Shown here in pieces: positions 1-8,038 of a stretch of 17,859 nucleotides of DNA. How positions within the stretch are numbered: the first letter of the stretch is position 1; each line of letters starts with the position of its first letter. The notes under the pieces are model-generated. The model was not told the origin of the DNA. It ran no database searches and saw only the letters and a program-made list of their open reading frames with translations. Origin of the DNA: Candidatus Thorarchaeota archaeon (GTDB lineage Archaea > Asgardarchaeota > Thorarchaeia > Thorarchaeales > Thorarchaeaceae). The position numbers were made by a program, and so were the translations under genes. Location of the stretch: the NCBI GenBank assembly GCA_011364985.1, contig RDOC01000015.1:1-17859 (forward strand), in the 5' to 3' direction.

Positions 1-502
1 TGGCTGTCAATGCGAGCAAAGCTCCCTTTGGTTGAAGCGATTGAATTGCCGCATTTAGGTATGGGGTTGGCGAACCAAAAGGGTCTATATCAACAAAATC
101 AAATCGCTTCCCTCTAGATTCTGTGAGTAGTAAGACCTTGGCATTGCCAATCATTGCATTCGCTCGTGTAGTCAGTTTATTCCTTACTATGTTCTTCTGA
201 ATCGTTTCAATGGCCAGAGGGTTGGCATCGAACATCAATGCTTGGAAACTGCCCGGGCATTCGTTGAGATATCGTAATGTTCTGACCCCACACCCAGCAA
301 GAGGTTCACACATAAGCTTGACATCACTGCTTTGAAGGTACGTTGCAAGGAACAAAATGGAGAAGTCACGATTGAGTTTCATTCTGGGGTTATAGAAGAC
401 AGGCATATCTGTCGTTGGTTGTTTCTTTGTTTCACTATAGTGGTCCACATCTGCACCAATGAAGGTCGTTCTTCCTTCTCTATACTGTTTCTCCACAATC
501 AT
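1..502 (-). CDS. trm1: tRNA (guanine-26-N2)-dimethyltransferase Trm1, 5' part (runs off left edge)
   Basis: Manual minus-strand translation from ATG at 502: MIVEKQYREGRTTF...PVFYNPRMKLNRDFS...EPLAGCGVRTLRY...FDANP...FDFVDIDPFGSPTPY...LLALTA. VFYNP, NRD, GxRxxRY and DxDPFGSP are Trm1 hallmarks. Not in the ORF track. Confidence 0.95.
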   Translation of the reverse strand, partial: MIVEKQYREGRTTFIGADVDHYSETKKQPTTDMPVFYNPRMKLNRDFSILFLATYLQSSDVKLMCEPLAGCGVRTLRYLNECPGSFQALMFDANPLAIETIQKNIVRNKLTTRANAMIGNAKVLLLTESRGKRFDFVDIDPFGSPTPYLNAAIQSLQPKGALLALTA

Positions 503-638
503 GACTAATGACCAAAAGTCATGAATTGCTAATAAGATGATATGCAATCGATGAAGCCGCGCCTTTGATTCTGACGTCTTAGGAATCTCTAAGAGGGTGT
601 TTGCTCCGCATTGACCAGAATGCTACTCCTTTCCACAA

Positions 639-1139
639 ATGGTAGTGATTAACGTGGCTACAAGAATAAAGATACACACCGAAAAGGGCGACATTGTTGC
701 CGAGCTATGGTCTGATGATGCAATCAACACTGTGAAGAATTTCACCACCTTGGCGCAGAAGGGCTACTATGATGGATTGGTCTTTCATAGAGTTGTGCCT
801 GACTTTGTAATCCAAGGCGGTGACCCAACAGGCACAGGTTCTGGCGGTCCGGGATATGCCATTCCATGCGAAACGCGAGGTCACAGACAGAAGCATAAAA
901 ACGGGGCTTTTTCAATGGCTCATGCAGGACGTGACACTGGAGGCTCACAATTCTTCATCGTTCTCAATGGCGACAATTGTAAACATCTCGATGGGAAGCA
1001 TACGGTATTTGGACAAACCATAGATGGTTTTGAGGCTGTGCAAAAAATTCGGCAGGGCGACAAAATGCTGAAGGTTGAAGTTCTAGAGCTGGGCCCAGCT
1101 ATCCAGAAGCATGAGCTTCAAACACTCAAATCTTGCTGA
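639..1139 (+). CDS. Cyclophilin-type peptidyl-prolyl cis-trans isomerase (start may be GTG at 654)
   Basis: Motifs [56 protein letters not shown]. Confidence 0.96.
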   Translation: MVVINVATRIKIHTEKGDIVAELWSDDAINTVKNFTTLAQKGYYDGLVFHRVVPDFVIQGGDPTGTGSGGPGYAIPCETRGHRQKHKNGAFSMAHAGRDTGGSQFFIVLNGDNCKHLDGKHTVFGQTIDGFEAVQKIRQGDKMLKVEVLELGPAIQKHELQTLKSC

Positions 1140-1190
1140 TAAATCTCCATTGTCGTGCTGCAAGGAAGCAGTATTGCCAAAAGGGAGTGC

Positions 1191-1224
1191 CTATATAGCA
1201 GGCATGCCTCTATCGATTAAGGAG
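1191..1224 (+). promoter_or_regulatory. Putative TATA box (TATATA 1192-1197) and Shine-Dalgarno (AAGGAG 1219-1224) of hppA
   Basis: Position about 36 nt and 8 nt upstream of ATG 1233. Confidence 0.5.
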
Positions 1225-1232
1225 CACTTATT

Positions 1233-3392
1233 ATGTCAGCCATACTCTTCATGGGAACCGCAATATTGTCTGGACTTCTGGCAATTTTCGTCGCTCTCTA
1301 CACCTATCAGCGGATTGTCAGGGCTGATGAGGGCGATGAACGAATGAGAGAAGTGAGTGGCCTTATTGAAAAAGGGGCTTATTCGTTTCTCAAAGTACAG
1401 TATAGAATCCTTATGTTATTCACAATCATCGTTGGAGCATTCATTGCCGTCTTATTCGGGCAGTTCGGAATACCAATCGCAATCTCCTACTTCTTGGGGT
1501 CTTTAGCTAGCATGGCTGCTGGATATATAGGGGTCATAGTTGCAACAAAGGCAAATCGACGTACGGCAGCGGCTGCGATTACGGGCGGGTTAAATCCTGC
1601 GTTTAAGGTGGCCTTTCGAGCTGGATCTGTTATGGGGCTAATGATAGCCGGAATTGCTTTGGTAGGTCTCGGTTCGCTCTACTGGCTATGGAATTTCGTC
1701 CTACCTGACTCTCTATTCACGGCGACTCCAAAAGAGGCAGAGCTCTGGGAGATCATAACAGGGTTCTCATTCGGCGCAAGTACTGTTGCATTGTTTGCTA
1801 AGGCAGGTGGTGGGATATATACCAAGACGGCGGACCTCTCTGCTGACTTGGTGGGTAAGATTGAACACCACATCCCTGAGGACGATCCCCGTAATCCCGC
1901 TGCTGTTGCCGACGCTGTCGGCGACAATGTGGGGGATGTTGCCGGAACGGGGGCCGATATCTATGATAGCAATGTGGCTGCAATTCTTGCCGCAGCAATT
2001 CTAGGCGCAGGAATTGACATTCATTTCACTCCCGTGCTCCCCCTTGGATTATTGCCCCTCATGATTGCAGCTATCGGGACAATATCCTCCGTTCTGGGAG
2101 TGTTCCTCGTTAGACCAAAGGAAGATCAAGACCCTGGCCCGGCACTAAATCGAGGGACTTATTTTACAACGCTGCTTTTTGTTGTGTTTACCGTGGTAGT
2201 TGTAATAGTCCTGAACCTCTCTATCATCATTGCAGTATCAGCAATTGTTGGCCTCATAGCAGGAGTTTTCATTGCATTTACTAGTGATGTATTTACTAGC
2301 GATCGTGGCTTGTCGACCTTCAAGCCTGTGCCCCGAATGGTCGAGTCAGCCGAAAAAAGCGCAGCAAATCTGATCCTCTCTGGCTACTCATATGGGCTTC
2401 TTAGTGTTATCCCATCGGTGCTGGGTATAGCTACTGCCATGGTTGTTTCCTTCATTCTGGGGTCCAACCTTGGATATGGAGAGTGGGAAGGTGGTATCTA
2501 TTGCGTCGCAATTGCCGCAGTAGGTCTTCTATCTACTAATGGAATGATAATGAGTTCCGATGCTTACGGTCCAATTGTCGATAATGCCAGAGGTGTTATC
2601 GAACAGGCTCAAGCCCCCAAGGAAGCAATCGTAGCTTGTGACAAATTGGATGCAAGCGGGAACACTGCCAAGGCGATCACCAAGGGATTTGCAATAGGTG
2701 CTTCTGCTATCTCTGTTCTTGCTTTGTTTGCTGCATTCATAGAGTCGACTGGCACACTCAATATACCCGGTGTCGTTGGACTAACTGATGTTAACTTAGC
2801 AAATCCTTACGTCCTTGCAGGTGCGTTGATTGGGGCTTTGGTTCCAGTTGCATTCTCTGCAATCCTCATCCTTGGAGTAGAACGAAATTCGGAGCGTATG
2901 ATTGAGGAGATTCGCAGGCAGTTTCGGGAATACCCGGGTATTCTTGAAGGCACAACAAAACCTGATTATGATAGGTGCATAGCTATAGCGACATCTGGTT
3001 CAATTCGCGAACTGATGCCAGGAACTCTGGTTGCAATTCTTGTCACTGTGACCACCGGGATCATTCTTGGCATCGAGGCGCTTGCAGGGTTTCTTGGTGG
3101 TGCTGTCATGGCAGGATTGATACTGGCCCTATTGATGGATAATGCCGGTGGGGCTTGGGATAATACCAAGAAGATAATCGAGTCGCCTGAATACATCACT
3201 TATGAGAAGGGAACTGAGGACTGGCATAGGGTTCATGACATTTCTGTTACTGGCGACATGGTTGGAGATCCCTTCAAGGACACTGCAGGGCCTGCAATCA
3301 ACACGCTACTAGTTGTTATCTCCCTAACCGCAATGCTTTTCCTCCCTGTGATAGCGAGACTTAACATCTGGCTCATTGGGCTATTCTGGTAG
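1233..3392 (+). CDS. hppA: Membrane-bound ion-translocating pyrophosphatase, predicted K+-independent H+ pump, divergent type
   Basis: Many TM helices; GGGIYTKTADLSADLVGKIE, IPEDDPRNP, DAVGDNVGD, DAYGPIVDNA, GNTAKAITKGF, GGAWDNTKK, GDMVGDPFKDTAGP. Confidence 0.96.
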   Translation: MSAILFMGTAILSGLLAIFVALYTYQRIVRADEGDERMREVSGLIEKGAYSFLKVQYRILMLFTIIVGAFIAVLFGQFGIPIAISYFLGSLASMAAGYIGVIVATKANRRTAAAAITGGLNPAFKVAFRAGSVMGLMIAGIALVGLGSLYWLWNFVLPDSLFTATPKEAELWEIITGFSFGASTVALFAKAGGGIYTKTADLSADLVGKIEHHIPEDDPRNPAAVADAVGDNVGDVAGTGADIYDSNVAAILAAAILGAGIDIHFTPVLPLGLLPLMIAAIGTISSVLGVFLVRPKEDQDPGPALNRGTYFTTLLFVVFTVVVVIVLNLSIIIAVSAIVGLIAGVFIAFTSDVFTSDRGLSTFKPVPRMVESAEKSAANLILSGYSYGLLSVIPSVLGIATAMVVSFILGSNLGYGEWEGGIYCVAIAAVGLLSTNGMIMSSDAYGPIVDNARGVIEQAQAPKEAIVACDKLDASGNTAKAITKGFAIGASAISVLALFAAFIESTGTLNIPGVVGLTDVNLANPYVLAGALIGALVPVAFSAILILGVERNSERMIEEIRRQFREYPGILEGTTKPDYDRCIAIATSGSIRELMPGTLVAILVTVTTGIILGIEALAGFLGGAVMAGLILALLMDNAGGAWDNTKKIIESPEYITYEKGTEDWHRVHDISVTGDMVGDPFKDTAGPAINTLLVVISLTAMLFLPVIARLNIWLIGLFW

Positions 3393-3406
3393 GAGAGGAT
3401 ACGAAT

Positions 3407-4297
3407 ATGCTTCGATTTGGAATGGTAGCACTGGAGTTTGCACCTGCAATTGATAGAATCGTCAGGAATGGCGTGCCAGACTTCTCACACTTTGTTCTTC
3501 CAGAGATTGTGAGAGAAGACCTAGAGATTGGCAACATCTCTGTGATTGAGGTGACTATGGACATGGTGCAAATCATTCCCGGTGTTCTAAGTCCCAAGAC
3601 TATCACTGAACTTATGGAACTGAAGGAAGAAATTGGTCACTCTTACACAGTCCATCTACCTCTCTGGTCAATAGAACCCTCTTCTTTCAACAGGTATATT
3701 CGAGAGGCGAGCACAGAGGCTATCGTTCATTCCATCAAGCTGGCTCAGGAATTGGAACCTGAAGCATTTGTGTTTCACTCAACTGGCGCACTTGCTGCTG
3801 AGTTCTCCCGATTACCATTACCATCAGAACTCCGGTTTGTCTTGGCTTCTTATATCAATGCATTTGCAGAGGAGAGCCTTGAAGACATTCTAGCAAAGAC
3901 TGAGATCGCCCCAAGAAAGCTGGCAGTTGAGAATATCGAGTTTCCTTTCGAAGTAACCCGTGATCTTGTTGATAGATTCGATACGGGAATCTGTCTTGAT
4001 ACAGGTCATGTCCTGAGCCGACAATCAGGGGATGAGTCTCTCATGGAGTTCTACAGAAACCACCGCGACCGGATTGTTGAGATTCATATCCACGATGGCA
4101 GCTATCCTGAAGGCGGAAGGCCTTTCCGCACAGAGCACACTGCATTGGGCAGGGGTGAGATGCCTATTCGCGAGTTCCTCCTTGAACTCATGAAGGACAA
4201 ATACGATGGACCACTCATTTTCGAACTTACGCCTGATGAAGTAGTAGAGTCTCTGGCCAAAATCAGACAGGTAGTTCCTGAGGCGCTTGGCAACTAG
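3407..4297 (+). CDS. AP endonuclease 2 / xylose-isomerase-like TIM-barrel metalloenzyme (possibly CbiR-like phosphodiesterase)
   Basis: Metal-ligand pattern VHLP, FH, VEN, LDTGH, EIHIHD, EH, FE; 14 bp after hppA stop with GGAGAGG RBS. Confidence 0.8.
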   Translation: MLRFGMVALEFAPAIDRIVRNGVPDFSHFVLPEIVREDLEIGNISVIEVTMDMVQIIPGVLSPKTITELMELKEEIGHSYTVHLPLWSIEPSSFNRYIREASTEAIVHSIKLAQELEPEAFVFHSTGALAAEFSRLPLPSELRFVLASYINAFAEESLEDILAKTEIAPRKLAVENIEFPFEVTRDLVDRFDTGICLDTGHVLSRQSGDESLMEFYRNHRDRIVEIHIHDGSYPEGGRPFRTEHTALGRGEMPIREFLLELMKDKYDGPLIFELTPDEVVESLAKIRQVVPEALGN

Positions 4298-5226
4298 GGA
4301 AGTAGTTTCTGCGCAATCCACTCTTTGAGCATTTCGCTAAAGGGAATCTTTTCTTTCCAAGTCGGGTCATTGTGAAATGTCTCATGGCGTAGCGTTATGC
4401 AGTCTTCCAACGAGCTTGGTTTGGAATCAGTACTATCTTCCGCATACAAATGAATGGGGTAGTTATAACTCGAGGGAAGCTCAACCATCTCTTCAATCTT
4501 AATGCTTGAGAGTATCACTCCTGTAAGAACAGCCTGATGAATGAAAATAGCATATCTCTCATCCCGTTTGTACAGCCCTTGTAGAGTGGGGTCCTGATAG
4601 ACCTTGAAGAAAGAGTCACACCATCTCGTGAACAATCTCCTCTCAGGTCGTATGGTCAAGGAACCTGCATTAAAGTATGGATTGATTGGTTTTTCTTCGA
4701 TGTGCGGCTTCATTGGGAATATCTGCTCCTTCCCTATATCAAAATGGTCGTATACAGTCTTCCAGAACACATCGAGAGGTTCTTCATAGTCAAGTCCGAG
4801 GAGCTTATGGTGCACTGGTCGATAACCCAAGATCACATCCTTTACAAGAAAGAAATCACTTGGTTCACGAAGAACAAGTGTGTTGGGTGCAAGCCACACC
4901 AAGAGGTCCATACTTCCAATGGCCTTAGACTCAGCAAGAGCAGCAGCCTCTACGTGGCCGGCAAACGGAAACTTAAGAGCATGCAACTCAATTTCGAAGG
5001 GGATTATATCCACATTCAACTTCTCAAGACGAGCCCTAGCTTTCAAAGACAATTCATGATCAAGTCTTGGTGCAAAATACCATATTGGTTGGGTCGAGAG
5101 TGCTCCTCCAAACTCTCGAATGCTTCCGGCCAGCAGCAATGAATTGGATTCTGCGGCCTTGCCCGGATATAATATAGAACTGAATACCAACGATTGATGT
5201 GTTGCTCTCTCTGGATGTGGAGTCAT
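4294..5226 (-). CDS. GT8-like (GT-A fold) glycosyltransferase homolog
   Basis: 310-aa ORF; LLAGSIREFGG, PYFNAG and YNYP motifs resemble GT8; 4-nt convergent overlap with the TIM-barrel gene. Confidence 0.55.
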   Translation of the reverse strand: MTPHPERATHQSLVFSSILYPGKAAESNSLLLAGSIREFGGALSTQPIWYFAPRLDHELSLKARARLEKLNVDIIPFEIELHALKFPFAGHVEAAALAESKAIGSMDLLVWLAPNTLVLREPSDFFLVKDVILGYRPVHHKLLGLDYEEPLDVFWKTVYDHFDIGKEQIFPMKPHIEEKPINPYFNAGSLTIRPERRLFTRWCDSFFKVYQDPTLQGLYKRDERYAIFIHQAVLTGVILSSIKIEEMVELPSSYNYPIHLYAEDSTDSKPSSLEDCITLRHETFHNDPTWKEKIPFSEMLKEWIAQKLLP

Positions 5227-5754
5227 AGACAGCTGCGATATTCGTTTGTAACTTAATCATTTGTTTGGGGCAACACGTTTGCAAATCAAATTTATTTGGG
5301 GAGAAATACGACCTCGCGTGGAATGACTCCAGTGGTAGTTGTAAATGTAGTACCCACGTAGAGGATTTTGGGTGGCTCCTTATGACATGGACCCGAAGAG
5401 GAAATGCTACTCCATTTCAATCATTTTGAGAATCTGGTTCAGTCTTTCTATGGGTTCATTGCTAAGGATTGAGCGCTTTCCTATCTCGAATCTGAAAGAA
5501 TGGGGATTCTTGGTGCAGCGCTCTTGACTGAATGCTGTCAGCTTGTGAATGTCAATTCAGCTCATGTGCCCAAATTAACCATAGACGCTTATTGCAGTAA
5601 TAGATTGTCTTGAGGAAGAAGGTCCTTGCCATGATTCATTTCTAGAGATGGCTGGCAATGTCATCAACGGTTATGGATTGTGAAGATGTATGAAGAGCAG
5701 AGGAAAAGGACTGTTCGATTTACAGCAATCGAATTCCCCTTGCTAGAGAATGAA

Positions 5755-5863
5755 TGGTGGGCCCGGGGAGATTTGAACTCCCGACCCCCGCCTTACAGAG
5801 TGAGAGAGCAGAAGCCCAATCACGTATCAGAGCGGTGCTATAACCAGTCTAAGCCACGGGCCC
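5755..5863 (-). tRNA. trnI: tRNA-Ile(GAU) with 31-nt intron at 37/38 and encoded CCA
   Basis: Reverse complement folds: acceptor GGGCCCG/CGGGCCC-A-CCA, anticodon stem CCGCT/GGCGG, loop CT-GAT-A|A, T arm GGGAG-TTCAAAT-CTCCC; anticodon at 5828-5826. Confidence 0.96.
5794..5824 (-). other. tRNA intron forming a bulge-helix-bulge motif
   Basis: Intron CGTGATTGGGCTTCTGCTCTCTCACTCTGTA; outer helix GTGA/TCAC, 3-nt bulges, central helix CUGA/UCUG with one U-U mismatch. Confidence 0.9.
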
Positions 5864-5898
5864 AACGATTGCTGCTAGAGCGCATGGTTGCGATTGCG

Positions 5899-5910
5899 AT
5901 AAAAAGGTTG
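5899..5910 (-). promoter_or_regulatory. TATA-like promoter of tRNA-Ile
   Basis: Minus strand CAACCTTTTTAT about 36 nt upstream of the tRNA 5' end; similar to CCTTTTAT before acs and CCTTTAAG before the ABC gene. Confidence 0.55.
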
Positions 5911-6173
5911 TGAATTGCAGGACTCGTAGCCAAGAATTTAGGACATGAGTATAAATGCTCTGATAAGGCAGATGTTGCATGTTCAAGTCATGTCGGGTCA
6001 TTATATCCTCTCGTTTCTCTTTTCCAACATCTCAGTGTTCTGGTTATTTTCTTTCAGGTTTTACTTCTTCAAATGGAATAGTCTAGTTCTTCTTCAATTC
6101 TTTCTCTCCAATAAGGAGAAATGCTGACTCCCTGATTATCTGACATCAGAAGACAGATGATTATTGGATATCC

Positions 6174-6584
6174 TTGAGAAGAAGCTCCTATCACGTACAG
6201 CGAGATCGGATGGTGTTGTTCTACCCACTTTGCTACAAGCTATTAGAGCAACTCCTTTCATTACTTTCAACCGGAACTCTTTGTTCAATTCGAGCAAGTG
6301 AGGATCATTCCGAGTTTGGATATTATGGTTATGCTTCTGCCTTCAATCTTCTTTCTCTTGAGGATGATAGGCCCACTCATGACGAAACTGGTTTGAGGCT
6401 GGCCCTGATTGGCTGAAAATACGGGATAGGAATGAGTATCTTGGTTCTTGTATTGACCCCTGTTCTGTCCCTTTTGCTTTTGACAAGACACATCGCGCTC
6501 TTGCACATCATCATTGACCTTTTTTCAGTGGCTGAACTTGTCACGCTGCTTACTCCCGATTCTCGTAGGACCTATAGGAGATAG
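6174..6584 (+). pseudogene. Possible decayed membrane-protein gene
   Basis: ORF 6174-6416 ends at TGA but the frame continues KYGIGMSILVLVLTPVLSLLLLTRHIALLHIIIDLFSVAELVTLL to TAG 6582-6584; hydrophobic, no recognised family. Confidence 0.3.
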
Positions 6585-6691
6585 ATTCTGCATAATCTGC
6601 TCTGAATCTCTTACACTCTATGCCTGATTTTCTACTGCTTTCTTGGTTAATTTTATCACGGACGGTTTGCATAGACACGCCGGTGCTTCTA

Positions 6692-7015
6692 ATGAATCTC
6701 AATCCATGTGGTCATCATTGTGACAAGTGTCCGAGCTACCGGAGCAGTAGTGAACCAACGTGCCCAGGTTGCATACCCACCAATGGAACTCCTTGGTGGG
6801 GGACTTGTAAGGTCTTCAAGTGCTCAACGGAGAAGGGCCTTTCTCATTGTGGCTTGTGCGACCAGTTCCCCTGCGATGGTCTTGTGAGCCACTATAATCC
6901 AGATAATCCTCAAGGCCAAAGGAATGCAGTTATTCGCACGGGGATTCTAGCTTACCGCACTAAGCACGGCGATGAAAAGGCTATCGAACTAGCGCAGAAG
7001 CTCATGCGTCTTTGA
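6692..7015 (+). CDS. Cys-rich DUF3795-like metal-binding protein (107 aa)
   Basis: CGxxCxxC...CxGC...CxxxxC...HCGxCxxFPC pattern; ATG 6692 preferred because a TATA-like TTTTAT lies near 6651-6656. Confidence 0.8.
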   Translation: MNLNPCGHHCDKCPSYRSSSEPTCPGCIPTNGTPWWGTCKVFKCSTEKGLSHCGLCDQFPCDGLVSHYNPDNPQGQRNAVIRTGILAYRTKHGDEKAIELAQKLMRL

Positions 7016-7057
7016 ATCTGCCCAGACGTCTCCCATCGGTTCGTATTGCGGTTTGAA

Positions 7058-7075
7058 TTGGAACACGTGTTCCAA
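7058..7075. promoter_or_regulatory. Perfect 18-bp palindrome TTGGAACACGTGTTCCAA (candidate operator)
   Basis: Self-complementary; about 22 nt upstream of TATA-like TTTAAT (7098-7103) of the nucleotidyltransferase gene. Confidence 0.55.
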
Positions 7076-7142
7076 ATACTCGCTTCGAACAGCATGCTTT
7101 AATTCCAGACACTCCATGCAAGCTATTGAGGCACGCGTTCTG

Positions 7143-7964
7143 ATGACTGGAAGTCGAATCAGCATTGTAAAGAGCATTGAAGAAATTGATGATCCTATGG
7201 CCCGCGAACGGCTCGAGAATCTTATCAAAGAACCCTATGTGAAGGGAATCATGCTCTGGGGGAGTAGAGCCACTGGTTTTGGTGCACCGAGTACAGACTG
7301 GGATGCTCTGGTTTATGTGACTGATGAGTACTATCAAGAATTGGATGTGAAGGACACCATTTGGCTCGAGTTTGACGAGTCTGTTGAGCCAAAACGACTT
7401 GTAATCGATTTTTCTCCGATATCCGATGCATGGTTCAAACAGCAGTTGGACTCCCCTCTTGACATCGACCACTCACCTTACTCCGAAGGAGTAGTCATCT
7501 ATGACCCCACTGGTGAACTAGAAGAGTGGCGCAAGAAACTGGCAAGATATCCAGAAGAGGAGCATCTTGAGCGACTAAAGAACAAGTATGGCCTCTTCAT
7601 GGGTGCTCTTGGCAATGCAATTGTTGACGAGCGAAGAGAATTCTCTCATGATGCCAAGCTAAACCTCTATCGTGCAATTATTGCAGCTGTGAACCTCTGG
7701 TTCTCGATAAAGAAGTCTTGGACACCACCTTTGAAGTGGTGGACGTCTCATGCCAAGAAGCTAGGAATTAGTGAAAAAACCTACAAGCTGTTCTGTGAAG
7801 CCCTAGATAGTCCAACAACGCAGTCCACTCGTGCCCTATTTGTTCATCTGAAAGACATGATTCTGGACGAAGGGTTCGAATTTCCAAACGATCCGATCAC
7901 TGCTTTCTTAGAAACTATTCATGTCAATGGTCGTCCTGGGCAAATTCGTCACAGCTATCTCTGA
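7143..7964 (+). CDS. Pol-beta superfamily nucleotidyltransferase with helical C-terminal domain (KNTase/DUF4037-like)
   Basis: hhWGSRATG...TDWDAL (GS + DxD) and a third acidic residue in VIDF; helical C-half; ATG 7143 preferred over TTG 7053. Confidence 0.8.
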   Translation: MTGSRISIVKSIEEIDDPMARERLENLIKEPYVKGIMLWGSRATGFGAPSTDWDALVYVTDEYYQELDVKDTIWLEFDESVEPKRLVIDFSPISDAWFKQQLDSPLDIDHSPYSEGVVIYDPTGELEEWRKKLARYPEEEHLERLKNKYGLFMGALGNAIVDERREFSHDAKLNLYRAIIAAVNLWFSIKKSWTPPLKWWTSHAKKLGISEKTYKLFCEALDSPTTQSTRALFVHLKDMILDEGFEFPNDPITAFLETIHVNGRPGQIRHSYL

Positions 7965-8038
7965 GAATGAATTATTCAGCAGGTGTGGTTTCTGATTTTA
8001 CCGGGACTACATTCAATCCTCAAGCCTCAATGCTCTCC

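Noticed and set aside
1134-1187. Cyclophilin ends TGC-TGA-TAA (possible Cys-Sec) followed by a hairpin
   Set aside because: The hairpin lacks recognisable SECIS cores (AUGA/GA or GAA/A), Sec would be the terminal residue, and tandem stops are common.
5755-5790. tRNA 3' end as an att site
   Set aside because: No second copy of the tRNA 3' sequence was seen in the window.
1-5863. Functional link between trm1 and the nearby tRNA-Ile
   Set aside because: This tRNA has A, not G, at position 26, and the genes are 5 kb apart.
5680-5913. 77-aa ORF
   Set aside because: Antisense shadow of the tRNA (WWARGDLNSRPP is the typical artefact).
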